From Lama glama (taxonomy: Eukaryota), in the NCBI GenBank assembly GCA_028534125.1, contig CM052816.1:1364001-1428000 (forward strand): a stretch of 64,000 bases of DNA, in the 5' to 3' direction. The translations under genes and the position numbers were made by a program. Shown here one piece after another: positions 38,480 to 51,404 of this stretch (position 1 is its first letter; each line of letters starts with the position of its first letter). The notes beneath the pieces were generated by a model. It had not been told where the DNA came from. It saw nothing but the letters and a program-made list of their open reading frames with translations, and did no database searches.

Positions 38480-39820
38480 TCCAGAACCCTGGCCACGCCC
38501 CCGGCTTTTCCCATTGACACAGGGGTGACCAGCTAGGTTATGTTCTTGTCTCTCCCTCGACGGACAAGATGGCCCCCCTTCCCTTCCACTTTTCCTTTCC
38601 AGGGCCTTCCAGGCGGGCTGCAGCTCCCCGTCCTTCGCAGTCTTCCTGGACGGCCGCCTCACCTTCTGCCCCCAGGACTCCGCGGAGCCCAGGCTTTACT
38701 AACTGCACTACTTCTTCAGTTCCTGCTTCATAATTTAGAGCTTTTCACATTTTTCCCACCAAAATACCCCTAATGGTAGGGGAGAGCGAATGTTGAACCC
38801 CGAATGTCTGGGGAGCACAAGCCGCTATGGGGAGAGGAAAATTTCTTCCAAGTCCCTTGTTTTATCTTAAAATTCTAGTTTTGTATTAAAAATGTTTAAA
38901 TTCTTGTCTCACCCCATAAAATTGGGTCTCCAGGAGATGCCCCACATTTTCCCCAGTCTTGCGGAGCCCCGGGCACATCTCTGTATAGGCCAGGTAGAGA
39001 AATGCATCTGATTGTATCTTCCTCTCAAGTCCCCAAACTAACCAGAAAGGGACTCAGATGTAGACTTACCTGTCTCGCATAGCGCAGAAGTTCTGCAAAT
39101 CCACTTCCCGGGCGTCTGGTGCACTTTTTCAGTCTTGACTTGTCTCCTAGGGAGGCCAGTGACGTGCAAAGCAACTTTGTCCCTTCACCCTCCCGTCGCT
39201 TAGGCGCGATGGACGGCAGGTGGCGCCCGGGTCCGCCTCACCGCCGAGCTCGCCCGGCTCCGAGCATCTGCTCAGAGGAAGGGGCCTTGGAGAGGTCTTG
39301 GTCACTGCAGTGTCTAGAGAACTGTTTCTTAGTCTCTGCACGTACGGAGGACGGAAGCCCGGCTCTGGGCGGCGAGGTGCGGCCCCGGGAGGCTTCATCT
39401 CTGCTGCGCGCAGCTGGAGACGCCGAGGCGCCGGCGCGGGATCGCCCGCAGGAGAGCCCCGCGCACCCGGGCGCGCAGCGCGCCCGCCCGCCCCGGGGGA
39501 AGGGCGGTCTGAGCTCCGGCACTGGCAGAAAACACTGAAACCCAACGCCAAATATTTGTGATCCCGCGAAAGGAGGAAACTGAAACCTCTCGGTGTGATT
39601 TAAAAGGCATGAAACCAACTGCTCTTTGATTTCTGGAAATGGGCTCCTCGAAATTCTTAAAACACCGTCCTGTTACCCCCCAGGCCTGGCTCCTTCCTCG
39701 CTGGAGGCAGGGGTAGGGATTGGGGGGGGGGGGTCAACAGCCCGGAAAATAAGGGTCAGCTGCGCATGGGCTTAAGGCAAGTGGCGGACAAAAGTCAGTG
39801 CGGGGGCGGGGAGAGGAATG
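38480..39820. promoter_or_regulatory. Intergenic (orphan) CpG island, core about 39100-39560
   Basis: Dense CpGs, a GC box at about 39803-39811, ETS-like CACTTCCCGG at about 39102 and GTGACGTG at 39159-39166. No recognisable protein-coding exon. Confidence 0.75.
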
Positions 39821-40654
39821 GCTTTTCCAGCCCAGAGTTTACCCAGGAGGGTCCCAGAAGACAGTAGAGCCTTCAGGGGATCTGGAGGGAAGTAAAACCT
39901 GGTCCTTTTCCTGACGGGGTGCATGCTGAAGTAGGGTGCTTCTCCTCCTGGATCATTTGCTAAAAATGCAGATTACTGGTCTTTACTTCCACCTGCTAAA
40001 TCAACTGGAGGAGGCCAGAGGTGGTAGCCTTGAGTCTGTATTTCTCATAAGCCCCTGCGTGGTTCTACTCTCTGAGTCTGAGAACCACCGCTCCAGCTCT
40101 TGGTACCAAAAGCTGGCAGCTCAGACACAAGAACCAGCTTCTGAGCACCCATCTCCTTCCCAACCAGACTAGCTCTAGTCCCACCAGTCAGAGGGGACAG
40201 ATTAGGTCATGTGAATATGAATAATCAATATTTCTGCAGAGTAAGACCCCACCTATCAAATCTCAGGCCTTCTTAAAAGTCTCCCCAAATATTTCTGGAG
40301 CCCCTGTGAGTCCTTTTCTCTTGCCACCTCCTTAATAATTATTTCCCATAAGTTGCATGAAAGGGTAGCCAGAGTGTAACCAGTGCGGAACCATCTCATG
40401 GTGTTTCAGGAGCTTGCTCTGTCCCTGGGGGCTATGTCCCCGCCCTCGCAAAGCTGCAAACAAAACACTCAAGGCCAGGAGGAGGTTTCTTCCCTTCAGG
40501 TCTCACAGCCTCCAAACCAAGCTTTGTTCCAAGCAGAACGCTCCCGTTTCTAACTCAGGATCAGATTTTGTTACCAGAGCCCAGAAGCAGGGCTGCTTGG
40601 GCTCCCAGTGTCCCAAAGTCCTTTGAGGAAAGAGCTTCTTCAGAGATTAAAAGA

Positions 40655-40850
40655 GGTGTGCTGGTAAACTGCTTGCTAAAATAGAAAAATCAGACCCCTG
40701 ACTCATTGTGTTTGCCGATTTCCGTGGTATAAATATTCCCATCACGGCAGATTTTAAGCTACCAGTGTGATGTCACTGGATGCAATGTTAGAAAGAGAGG
40801 CTCATAATCAGCCTTGCAGCTGGGGAAAGGTAGCGTTGGCACAACACTCC
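40655..40850. mobile_element. MER63-like (hAT-Blackjack) element
   Basis: gtgctggtaaa..gtttgccgatttccgtggtataaatattcccatcacggc.gattttaagctacc. Confidence 0.6.
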
Positions 40851-40883
40851 TTGAGACCTGGGCAGAGACCAGATACCAAAACA

Positions 40884-41930
40884 TCATTCATTCATTCATT
40901 CAACAACTATTTACTGGGTGTCTGCTATGTGCCAGTTGCTATCTCTGATCTGGGGATCCAGAAGTAAATATGATGGCTCACGTTCTTGCCTAGGTGGAGT
41001 TCAAGTTCTAATGAAGACGCCAGCCCACAAACAAGCAAAGTTAGTTCATGGTAAGTGCTATGAAACAGGAAAAGCCAGACAAGGAGCTGCAGTGACGGGT
41101 GATCTATTTTAGAACAAGTGGCTCAGGAGAGGCCTCTCTGAGGTGGTGACATCTGAACCAAGTCCCCAGAAGGGTAACAACCGTAAATAACCGGAATAGC
41201 ACAGGCAGAGGGAACAGGGAGAGCAGAGACCCTAAGAAGGGAAGGTCCCTGGTGTGCTTGTCAAGGGGGCCAGCGTGTGGCTAGAGCAGGGAGGGAGGGG
41301 AGGATGGGAGAGGAGGTGGGAGAGGAAATGGGGCGGACAGCTCATTACATGCAGTGTGGGTTTTTCATGACGGGAACTCATTGCAGTGTTTGGGCAAAGG
41401 GATGGTCTCATTTACTTTTCAAAGGCATCTGCTCGCAGGTGCAGAGGGTGGTGCAGATGGACAGGTTTCTAAGGGGGAAGCAGGGAGGTGAGCTGGGAGG
41501 CAGCTACAGTAGTTCAGGCTGGAGAAGGTGGTGGTGGGGGTGGTGGAGACAGCGGAGGCGGTGAGAAGTGGATGGATTCTGGAGCCATTTTGCAACAGAG
41601 GCTGGCAGACCTTTTGATGACTGATGTGGGGTTTGAGATCCAGAGAGAAGCCAAGGAGACTGTCAGGTATTTGGTTCGTGTAATCAGGTGAATGGTGGTA
41701 CAGTTACTGGGACTGGGAGGAACCACTGTGCAAGAGAAACAAGAGGTCAGCCGAGGACGTGTTAAGTTTGAGATACCCAGGAAAGGCCTGGGCTGGTGAC
41801 ACAATTTGGGAGTCATCACCTGTAGAGTTTAACATCACAGGAGTGGATGAAGTCACCAGGGAGTGGAGAGAAAGATCCAAGGACTGAGAGGTGGGGACCT
41901 TCCATTTGGAGAGGATGGGAAGATGAGCTG
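40884..41930 (-). mobile_element. L2 LINE fragment, antisense
   Basis: Begins (cattcatt)n caacaactatttactg..ctatgtgccag, followed by a purine-rich L2 body. Confidence 0.8.
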
Positions 41931-42662
41931 GCTCTCCGCTGAGAAGGGGTGCTCAGAGAGCTAGGACGCTGTGCGAAAGAAATGCTTAAAAATACACAGG
42001 GGCCTGCTCACTTGTGCCTGATGCTGCTGAGAGGTGCGGGAAGACGGGGACCTGGAAGAGGCTTGGTTTTGGCAGCATCCGGGCCCTTCATACCTCAACA
42101 AGCACGGTTCCCAGGGGGTGGTGGGGAGGAAAGCCTGCTTGCAGTGGATGGGGGAGGAAATCGGGGAGAGCAAGTGGAGACATGGAGTATAAACAACAGG
42201 GGGGTGGTTTGTTAAGGGAAATAAAGAAGCAGGTTGGTAGCGGGAGGGCAGGCACTGTGGGTCAACAGAGGGAGAAAGGCCAAGAATGGTGATGCTGGAA
42301 AAAAAAGAGGACATTGTCCCTCCGCCCCGGATGCCCATCTACAACATGGCCCTTCGTGTAGACTCCTTTGATGCGGTGAATGTCAACGTATGCCCAGCAG
42401 ACGCTCGGGAGGGCCACTGGGCCACCAGGGCAGCAGGCACAGCCAGACCACGAGTCCCAGTTTCAGTTCGGCTGGCGCTCCTGCCGCATTCCCGATGCCA
42501 AGGCAGAAGCCGGGTGGCTCTGTCTCATTCATCACTGTATCCTAAGCCACGCCTGGCGAATGGGTGTTGAAAGAACACATCTAGTAATACAAAATGAGAA
42601 ATATCAGAGTGTTTTGTAAGGATATACTTTATGAAACTTTTGTTCTTTATATCTGTATCCAC

Positions 42663-42882
42663 CGGTGGCTTTCAACTGTGGGCAATTCTGTCTCCCAGGA
42701 GACATGTGGGGCTGTCTGGAGACAACTGTGATGGTCACAACTGAAGGGGGCAGGACAAGCTACTGACATCGAGTGGGTAGAGGCTGCTAAACACCCTATA
42801 ATTCACAAGACAGCCCCCTCCGCAGCCCCCAACGATGAATTATCCAACCCAAAATTTCAGCAGTGCGGAGACTAAGAAACCC
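42663..42882 (+). mobile_element. MER20
   Basis: tgtctggagaca..gtcacaactg..ctactgacatcgagtgggtagaggctgctaaacaccctataattcacaagacagcccc..gaaacccc. Confidence 0.8.
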
Positions 42883-43872
42883 CGATGGATGCATGTATCT
42901 ATATTCCTACATCTATACCTACATGTACTGGGTTGCAGTGTGCAGTGTTCCATTCCGTGGGTTGCAGTCAAAAAGTCGGAGAGCCCTTCGCCCAGAAGAC
43001 TCCTTGTGAGCCCAGCTCCTGAACTCTCTTCTGCCGCTGAGACTTGCTGTCCAGGCCCTGGGAGCATCTGCCCCGGCTCAGATGATATGAATGCACAATT
43101 CATTCTCTTTTTTGTTGGATGTCCGCAAATAGGACTTCTCCCAGGAAAGCTGGAGTGTGGACATAACGTAGCTTCAGAAGAGAATCCCCTAATGCTTTGC
43201 TACCCTGGTTCAGGCAGAAGTTCTCACCTTCCTGTTGGCTAGTTCTGAGACTCTTTGTTTTTCCCTGTTTCCTCCTGGGGAGGACACTGACATGATCACT
43301 AACACCAGTGGAGCATCTCCTATACACGCCCATCACTTCTCAGTTCGATGCATTGGCTCATTTTTTTCCCCTCATAACAACTGCGTGAAGACTCTATTTT
43401 GGCAGCTTTACTAGTGTGGGAACTGAGGCTCAGAGAGGTTAAATCACTTCACTGTGACCACACAGCTGGTGAATGTCAGAGCTCGGGTTTGAACTCAGCC
43501 TTAATGACCAGGCTGTATCGCCACTTTCCAAGCTATGTTCTGATCGGAATCTAGGCTTGAATCGCAGACAGACAGATCCAGTAGGAGAGAACAAATTTGA
43601 GGCTGGGGCCAGGTTCTAACTCTCCCCTTCACCAGCAATGCGTCCTGGGAAAAGAACTTGCAGAGGGCAGCGTCCTCATCCATCAGGTGGGGATCAGTGC
43701 ACCTGCTCCGCCTGTCCTAGGACAGCTGTGCTCTGGCAACGCCATGGACATGGAACTGATTGGGCCAGTCCTTGAGACAACGCTCCCACCCCTGCCGTCA
43801 CCTCTCACACCTCTCCCCGCTTTTAGACTCCTCCTGGTCCAGGTCCTCATTTCTGACCTCTCAGAGTCTCCT

Positions 43873-44230
43873 GTGTTCGTCAGCTCAGGCTGCCGGAACA
43901 AATGCACAGACTGGGCAAATGTTTCTTTCTCGTAGTTATGGAGGCTGGAAGTCCAAGATTCAAGGTGCCAGCAGATCCTGCCCTTGGTGAGGATGCTGTG
44001 CCTGATTTGCAAGTGGCTGCCTTCTCACTGTGTCCTCACATGGGAGAGAGGAAGCGGGGGTATCTCCTCTTCTTCTTACAAGGACACCGTCCCATTGAGG
44101 TGGGGGGTCTACCCTCACGACCTCATCTAAACCTAATTACTGCCCAAAGGCCTACTTCCTAACAGTTACACCGAAGGTTAAAACTTGAATGTATGAATTT
44201 TGGAGGGACACACACATTCAGTTCATAACC
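43873..44230 (-). mobile_element. MaLR LTR (MLT1-like)
   Basis: ggaggctggaagtccaaga..aaggtgccagcag..tgtcctcacatgg..atgaattttggagggaca..cattcagttcataac. Confidence 0.8.
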
Positions 44231-45759
44231 ACCCCCAGCAGTCCTCCCAGCCTGGAATTTCTCTTTCCCCAGAATCTCTCTCTCCCTCCCTGTGTCGAGC
44301 TCTGAGTCCTCCCTCTTCTGGCAGCTTGTCTCAGATGACCCCCGGCACAGTGGTCCTCATGCAGCGGGTCTGGCTCTGAGTGCTGCCTTGACCTGCCTCT
44401 GGCTTTCTGTCCCAGCCCCATCTCCTCACCTCCCTCATCACGTCCTGTCTCCTCGGCTCCTGTGTCTTGCCCATCTCCATTTAGCCGCATCTTTCAGACC
44501 CCGTTGAGATGCCACCTCCTCTATGAAGTCTTTCTGATTCTGCTCAGGTAGACATGAGCTCTTTCTCCCTTGAATTCCCAAAGCCCTTTATTGACATGTC
44601 TCCAGTGGCACTTGGTAATCACAACTGCCATTCACTGAGCCATCACCATGTGCCAGGCCCTGTGCGGAACACACCACATGCCCTATCAACACTGATTCTC
44701 ACAACAAACCTCTAGGACAGATATGATTGTCCCCATTTTACTGATCGTGACGCTGCCCCCTCAGAGCAGGTAGATGACTTGCTCAAGAAGGCAAAACCGA
44801 TACACAAGGAAATTTGGATTCTTACCCAGCTCTGTCTCACTCTCCAGTCTGAATGCTTAACCCTTGTGTTACATGAACCTCTTTCTACCTTGTGTATGTT
44901 TTTTTGGGGGGATGTCCCATCTCTTCTTCCAGACTGAAATTTTCATGAGAGCAAAGACTGCATTTTATTCTCCTTTGTGTCCTTGGCTCCCAGCTCAATG
45001 ACCATTTGTAGAATAAATGAAGGAACAAACGAGGGAGCGAAGGACCATGCAGTCAGTGGCTGCCGGATTATAGGTGGCGTTTGGTGGAGACACAAACGTG
45101 CTCCCGGCAGTCGCAGCTGGCACTGCCTGCAAGGGCAGTCACCTGGTTTTAGCACTTTCCTCTGCTCCCACGCAGTTCTGGAAGCTTCTTTTATAGATGT
45201 GGCTTTTTCTGAATGAGGCCATCAGCAAGGGCTCAAGCTGTTTACCTTACTTATCCCGATAAAGTTGTCTCCAAAAATAGCTGGTCTCCAGAATGTGCAT
45301 TGAGGAGAGAACAAAAGTGGAGTCACAGACTGGCAGAGCTTAGGGGTTATCTCTGGCTCAGTGCTTCTGATTGTCAGACAGTAGACAGAGGCCTAGAGAG
45401 GGGTGGGACTCAGGGGCTGGGCCAGGACCAGACGCCTGGCCTTCAGACTCCCAACTCCACTGAGGGCTGCGTGAAAGCACTAACAACGGAAGCACAGAGG
45501 GTGTTGGGTAGCCAGGGGCTAGCTGACATTCTTCAGATGCCACTTCCTACAGGAAGCCTTCCCAGACCACAACTGCCACCCCCCACCCTCCCTGTGCCGC
45601 CTCAGCTCCCATCATCAAGTTAGAGGTAGGAGCCCCTGCCAGGAGCTCCCCTAGCACTCTGTTCTATGCTGTGCCAGCACTCCCACACTCACGGCGGGGT
45701 GACATGCACCTGCTCATGCAAAAATATTCAAGCAGCTACCATGTGGCAAGCACTACTTT

Positions 45760-46100
45760 ATTATTTTTTTAAAGTTCATTTTATTTTTATTTTCTATTTT
45801 TTCATTTTCATTTTCTTTTTCATTAAAGGTTATTACAAGATATTGAAGATAGTTCCCTGTGCTCTACAGCAGAAACTAAAAAAAAAAATCTATTTTTATA
45901 TATAGTGGCTAACATTTGGAAATCTCAAACTCCCAACTTTATCCCTTTCCACCCCCTTACCCCAGTAACGAGAAGATTGTTTACTATGTCTGTGAGTGTT
46001 TCTGTTTTGTAGATGTGTTCATAGTGTCCTTTTTTTTTCTTTCTTTTTTTAGAATCTACATATAAGTGATATCATATGGTATTTTTCTTTCTTTTTCTGG
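45760..46100 (-). mobile_element. L1 3'-end insertion within an L2 fragment
   Basis: T-rich tail and L1 3' UTR. Imperfect TSD CAAGCA(C/A)TACTT on both sides. Confidence 0.8.
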
Positions 46101-46520
46101 CCAAGCAATACTTCAGAAGTTAAGGATACAACAGCGAACAACACAGACAAAAATCTCTACCCTCCTGGAACATGTACTTCTAGCCTGTGTGGAGAGACAA
46201 ACAATACACACACAAAGAAGTAAAATACATGACGTTTGGCAATGATATGTGTTATGGAGAAAAATACAGTGGGAAAGGGCTGTAGGAGGTGCTGAGTGGC
46301 GTTGGCAGTTTTAAATAGGAATCAGACGACCCCTGAGAAGGAGGAATCAGATGACCCAAGAAGGAGACCCTTGAGCAAAGATGTGAAGGAGGAGAGGGAG
46401 GAAGCCACGTGGAGAGAAGGGGATCCAGGCAGAGGGACCAGCAAGTGCAAAGGCCCTGAGTGGGGAGCCAAGCTCCCCCATCTGCGGAAGAGCAGAGGCC
46501 AGTGTGGCCGGAGGGGAGGG

Positions 46521-46567
46521 AGGGAAGTAGGGGCAGGAGGAGGGAAGTAGGGGCAGGAGGAGGGAAG
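46521..46567. repeat. 20-bp tandem duplication AGGGAAGTAGGGGCAGGAGG (about 2.3 copies)
   Basis: 46521-46540 and 46541-46560 are identical; a partial third copy follows. Confidence 0.95.
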
Positions 46568-49500
46568 GTGAGAGCAGGAAGGGGAGCGGACTGCACCTCT
46601 GTCCACCCCCCACCTCCCAATACTCACACTTCAGTGAGTTAACTCCTTCACAGAGGCTCTGACTCCAGGCAAGCAGCCAGGAGTGAGCCAGCCATTGCCT
46701 AAGGGGAAGGTTTTCCAGCGGAAGCCAAAGAAAAACACATTCAATTCTTTGCTTTCACGTTTCAGAAGGCAGGTCCAGGTATGAGGTGGGAAGACTGTGC
46801 TGGGATGCAAGTTCTTCTAAATTGACCCAGTCCTCCCTTTGTAGCCTCACCCTCACCCTCAGCCAGACTAGGTCGAGACTCCATAGACCGGCGGGGTGGG
46901 GCGAGGAGGGTCCTGAAGGCACCTGCTAAGAGCTAGAGGCCGCCATGTCTGTTTCTGGGACCGGGTAGAAGTCAACCCCAAATCTGAGCTGAGGAGTGGT
47001 TGCTGCTGCACTTCCTGGCATCCGGGGAGGACCTCTTGGTGACAGCAGGCAGGATGCAGCCTGCTCTTCACCTGGAGGGGAGATGCTCACACCTTGCCTA
47101 GGTCCCATGCAGCCCCCTCCCGACATCCCAGGGCACTCACCCATCGCCGCCATGTCCCAAGTGGAAGATGGAGCCTCACCAAGTGAGGGTGCTGGTGGAC
47201 GCCCCCACTCCTGACACACACGCACATGGAAGTCCCTGGTGACCTGCCCACCTCTCATCCAGGCTGGGCTCCCTGAGGGCTGGGTCAGATACACTCATCT
47301 CTCTTGTGCGCATTTCTCTCTGGATTTGGCTGCTTCTGTGTATTGAGGGAGTCAAATCTGTTGAAAAGTTTATAACCTGGGTTCCACGGCACGTTGGGAA
47401 ATTTGGGAGGTGTGAGTTGCAGGTAAGATTTGGGCTATTACGCTCACTTTGGTTTTCAACAGATTCTTTTTTCTCCCCTATTGTATGCCAGGCCTTTATT
47501 CAACTTTTTGGAAACAATTGTTTTTAGAGCAGTTTTCGGTTTACAATAAAATTGAGAGGAAGGTGCAGAGATTTCCCACACATCCCCTGCTCCCACACAG
47601 GCATAACCTCCATTAGCAACATCGCTCATCAAAATGGTATTTTTTTTTTTTTACCAAGGATTTCATCAGATTATTAGTGACTACTCTGGGCCTTTCGCAT
47701 TTTCCTCATCCCAATGTTGTGAAGTCAGTGTTAACCAGATCTCCTATTGTCACCGAGGGCCATCAGCCACAGGCCAAAGTAGAAGGCTCAGCCAGCGGAG
47801 CTGGGACTTGAACCCAGGCACGTGCTCAGAGCAGCCCTGTGTCCCCTCCTCCCCTTCCTCCGTCACAGGTGCACTACCCCTGAGACATCCAGCCTTCCCT
47901 CCCACACCCGTCCTGCCTTTGTCTCTCTAGAATGTTCTATCACATAATTTTTATTAAATTTCACTTTTCCTTTTCGTTTGGGCCGATCATCGCTTTGAGC
48001 AACATGTCTCTTCGTAGGACACAACACTCTTTTACCGTCAGAAACTTGTGTCTTTCTTCCTCAAGGTGGACCCTGAGTCCTAAAACCCTGGACTCTGATG
48101 AATAGCACCCAGTTTGTTTTCTTTGTCTTTTTACTCAGATTTTCTAAACTTCATATATCAAAGTAGTGAACTGAATAACTGATAACCTCTCGCTAACAGC
48201 TACTGTTTATTGGATGTTTTCCAAATTGACTGGCACAGTTTTGTTTTACCCTCATGATCTCATCTGATCCTCCTAATGTCCCTATGAAGTAAGCACTTAT
48301 TATTATCCCTATTTCATAGTTAAGGAAATCGAGGTTTAGACTCGTGGCAGGGGTGGGATTTGTGCCCAGAGCTGCAGGACTATTACCCGTGCCAAGCCAC
48401 GTCCCTCCTTCCTTCGGTTTGTACATGTTTCCCCATGCATGCCTCAGGGATGACAAACAACCCAAAGGGGTTGGGCAGCTGGAGATTATAAAGTTGGGCT
48501 GCTTTGCGGCCAGGTGTGAGGTCAGAACAGAGAGGACCTGCTCACCCAAAGGGCTCTTGATGAACGTGGGGCCCTCCCAGGGGCTGACCAGAGTCAGGTG
48601 ACCTGGAGAGGTCAGCATAATGCAGGCCCTGGCCTGGGGCAGACCTGGAACTCCAGCACTCTCTGGGGATGTGAGCCACTGCCTGGCCAACCTTCCTGCC
48701 ACTGCCTCCTTATGCTGCCTGGGTAGCCTCCAAACAGCCCAGATTCACACTCCGGTTATGTGTGGAGTCACTGGAACTGAGCAGCTCAGGAAATACCTTT
48801 GGTGTCTGTGGCTTCAGATGTCTGAGCTCCAAATTATAACCTGCATCTGCCCAGTGCTTCACCGTTCTGTGTTTTTTCACAATGATCTCACTGAATCCTT
48901 TGTGCTTCCTGCTGGGCTGTGGTATGACATCCATTTGATAGATGGAGAAACAGAATAGACGAGGCAAGGTGAATTGCCCAAGGTCACCCAGAGCCAAGAC
49001 TTGAACCCATATCCTACTGACTAGAAGTTCCATTCACTTGCACTAGACCAGTGATTTTCAAACCTCATTCTGTGGAGCCCTTGGGTGTTTGGGGCAGGAG
49101 CTAAGGAGGAGGCGGAGGAGGCCAAGGGGGTGAGGCTCTGTCCTCCTTTCCTCACTTTGCTCTGGGCCACACTTATATCAGGATTCTGTGTCAGACTTGT
49201 TTGAGATTTGTGTTTCTCAAATCTCAAACACACTAACAAAGTGTTTCCAAAGGACTTCCCCAAACTGTTTTGTCTTCCCTGGGATTTCCTTTTCTCTATA
49301 GAAGCAAGAAGAAACCTACTCTCTGTTGGAGGATGTTCTCAATCCCCAGACAGCAACACAAAGGAATGTAAAATGTACTGGACGGGGATGTAGCTGACCT
49401 AGACTCCAGTATGTTTAATATGACTTGCTACCTCTGTCTCTCCATCTCTACAGATTGGCCTAGATAATTCTGAACATCCAGTTTTGTTCAAATAACTTTG

Positions 49501-50919
49501 AATCTGAGGTATCATGCTGAGTTCATAGGGTCTTAAACAGGGGTGAGTCATTTGAAATTGTATGAAAATGTTGTAATTTTTCTGTATGTGCATTTTTTTT
49601 CTAGAAGATGTATCTATAGCTTTCATTGGAATTTCAAAGGGGTCTGTGATACAGCACATTTAGCGTATCAGTGTTTTTTTCTTTTTCTTTTTTTGGCAGA
49701 AATGCTGGGAAATCTTATTTTCTCTTTGGTTGGGGGAGGCTTTCAAATTGTAAGAATGGTAGGAGAAAGCTATTTGTGGAAAGGAAACAAGAGTGACATA
49801 CATATAAACAGAGCTAAAAGATGGGAACTAGAGGAATGAGTAAGAGCCTCTGAACAAGCGAACAATACTGTTTAAGCCCCTGGATCCAGCCATGCCTGAT
49901 ACCCATACATTCATTTCAGTTAAATGAATGACTGCTTCTCTCTCTTAAAGCATTTTCTATTTCAATCACCTATAGAATAAATGAATGATATGTTAGTATT
50001 ATTGGAAGAGGCGCTTGCCATTTGAAAAGTTATGAATCTCAACTTAGAAAAAACAAAGGGAAGAGAAAGAGATTGCAGGGAGGTTTTCTTTTCATGCTTT
50101 TTTTCTATTTTTTTTAATTTCAGGGAAGAAAAATGCTCCCTGTTTCGTTCTCTATCCTTTTACTTTTAGCAAACTAGTGGCTTTCAGAGGCATAAAGACC
50201 TTAGATTCAATCTTGTCATTACACAGATGGGAAACCAAGATCCAGAGGGGATGTGACTTTCGTAGGGTCATATAGTAAATTGGTGCCAGTGCTAAGACTA
50301 AAGCTGCAGTTACCTTCTTCAAGGTTTGCTCCTCCTCGCTGTGTGATTTTCCTCAGTGCTTCTTTCCCAGGCAGGCTGGCCAGTTAGCAGAGCTTAGGAG
50401 GTGTTCTTGTGCCCATGAGTGTTGCATTGACACATCCATCCTTATCTTGTCCAGAAAATTCCGCAGCCTGGCTTTCTTTTTCAGGTTCCACCGGCACAGG
50501 CCAACAATGGAGTGTTTGGTCTAAAGATGCTGGAGGAGGTAAGGGAGCCACCCCTCTCTCAGGTGACAGGCCTACCTAGGGTGCTGGCCTGGTAGCCCCA
50601 GCTAGGATTGGAGTCCTGAGGATCAGGGCCGGGCCATACATTGCCCAGTGCTGCCCACAGCAGGAGGATTTAGATACTGCTCAGGGCCAAAAGCAGGAGA
50701 AAGCAGGACTCATGGGACCAGTACAAGGGGACACTTTCGGCCACTGGGTCAGATTTGTTTAGCTCGCAAGGGCAGGAATGGCAAAGGCAGATACGGGGCC
50801 AAGGCGGGCCAGCCCAACCATCGCCCACAGGGCCAGCAGGAGGGACGAGGACACACCTGCATGCGAAGGAAAAGGAAACTGAAGACCCCGCCTGCCACCC
50901 CAGTCACCAACTACTGAAA

Positions 50920-51404
50920 GCGACACAGGAGAAAGGAACTTTAATGTCCGACTTTGTTGCCAACCCCGCCAAAGTGCCACCGTTCAGGGAAGTACAAAGA
51001 GGGGCTTGAGAGGTACGAAGTCACGAGACAGCCCCCGCCCCCGCCGCCTCCCGGGCGCGCGCACGCCCGCTCCGCCCCCGCGCGGGCGGCCCCACACACG
51101 CGCGCACGCAGACCACACGGTCACCGCACAGACACACGCACGCGTACCCGCGGTTAAATACATGGACAGAGGGACTCGTTTAGATACATACACAGAGACA
51201 GAGACGGAAATCCCGGCCGGCGTCGGGTCCCCCAGGCTCCCAGCATGCTCGGTCCAGCTCTCCGCGCTGTACCTGGCACCCATGCCCCTGCCAGAAAAGC
51301 AGCTGCCCCTCTCCCCGCCCCCCCCGCCTCCCCGTGGGCGCCCGCACGCCCCGCCCCGCCCCCACGGTTCCCTCCCCGGGGAAAGGGCGCGGGGCGCGGG
51401 GGCT
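50920..51404 (-). other. ADRA1B: ADRA1B 3' UTR (approximate 3' end)
   Basis: GC/CpG-rich sequence following the stop codon and ending at a polyadenylation signal. Confidence 0.7.
50940..50945 (-). terminator. ADRA1B: Probable ADRA1B polyadenylation signal ATTAAA
   Basis: tttaat on plus is ATTAAA on minus, about 460 nt after the stop. It is followed by U/GU-rich sequence (GTTCCTTTCTCCTGTGTCGCTTTCAGTAGTTGGTG). Confidence 0.65.

Noticed and set aside
39119..39618. Overlapping 113-139-aa ORFs in the CpG island
   Set aside because: Stop-poor GC-rich sequence is open in several frames on both strands, with no recognisable homology.
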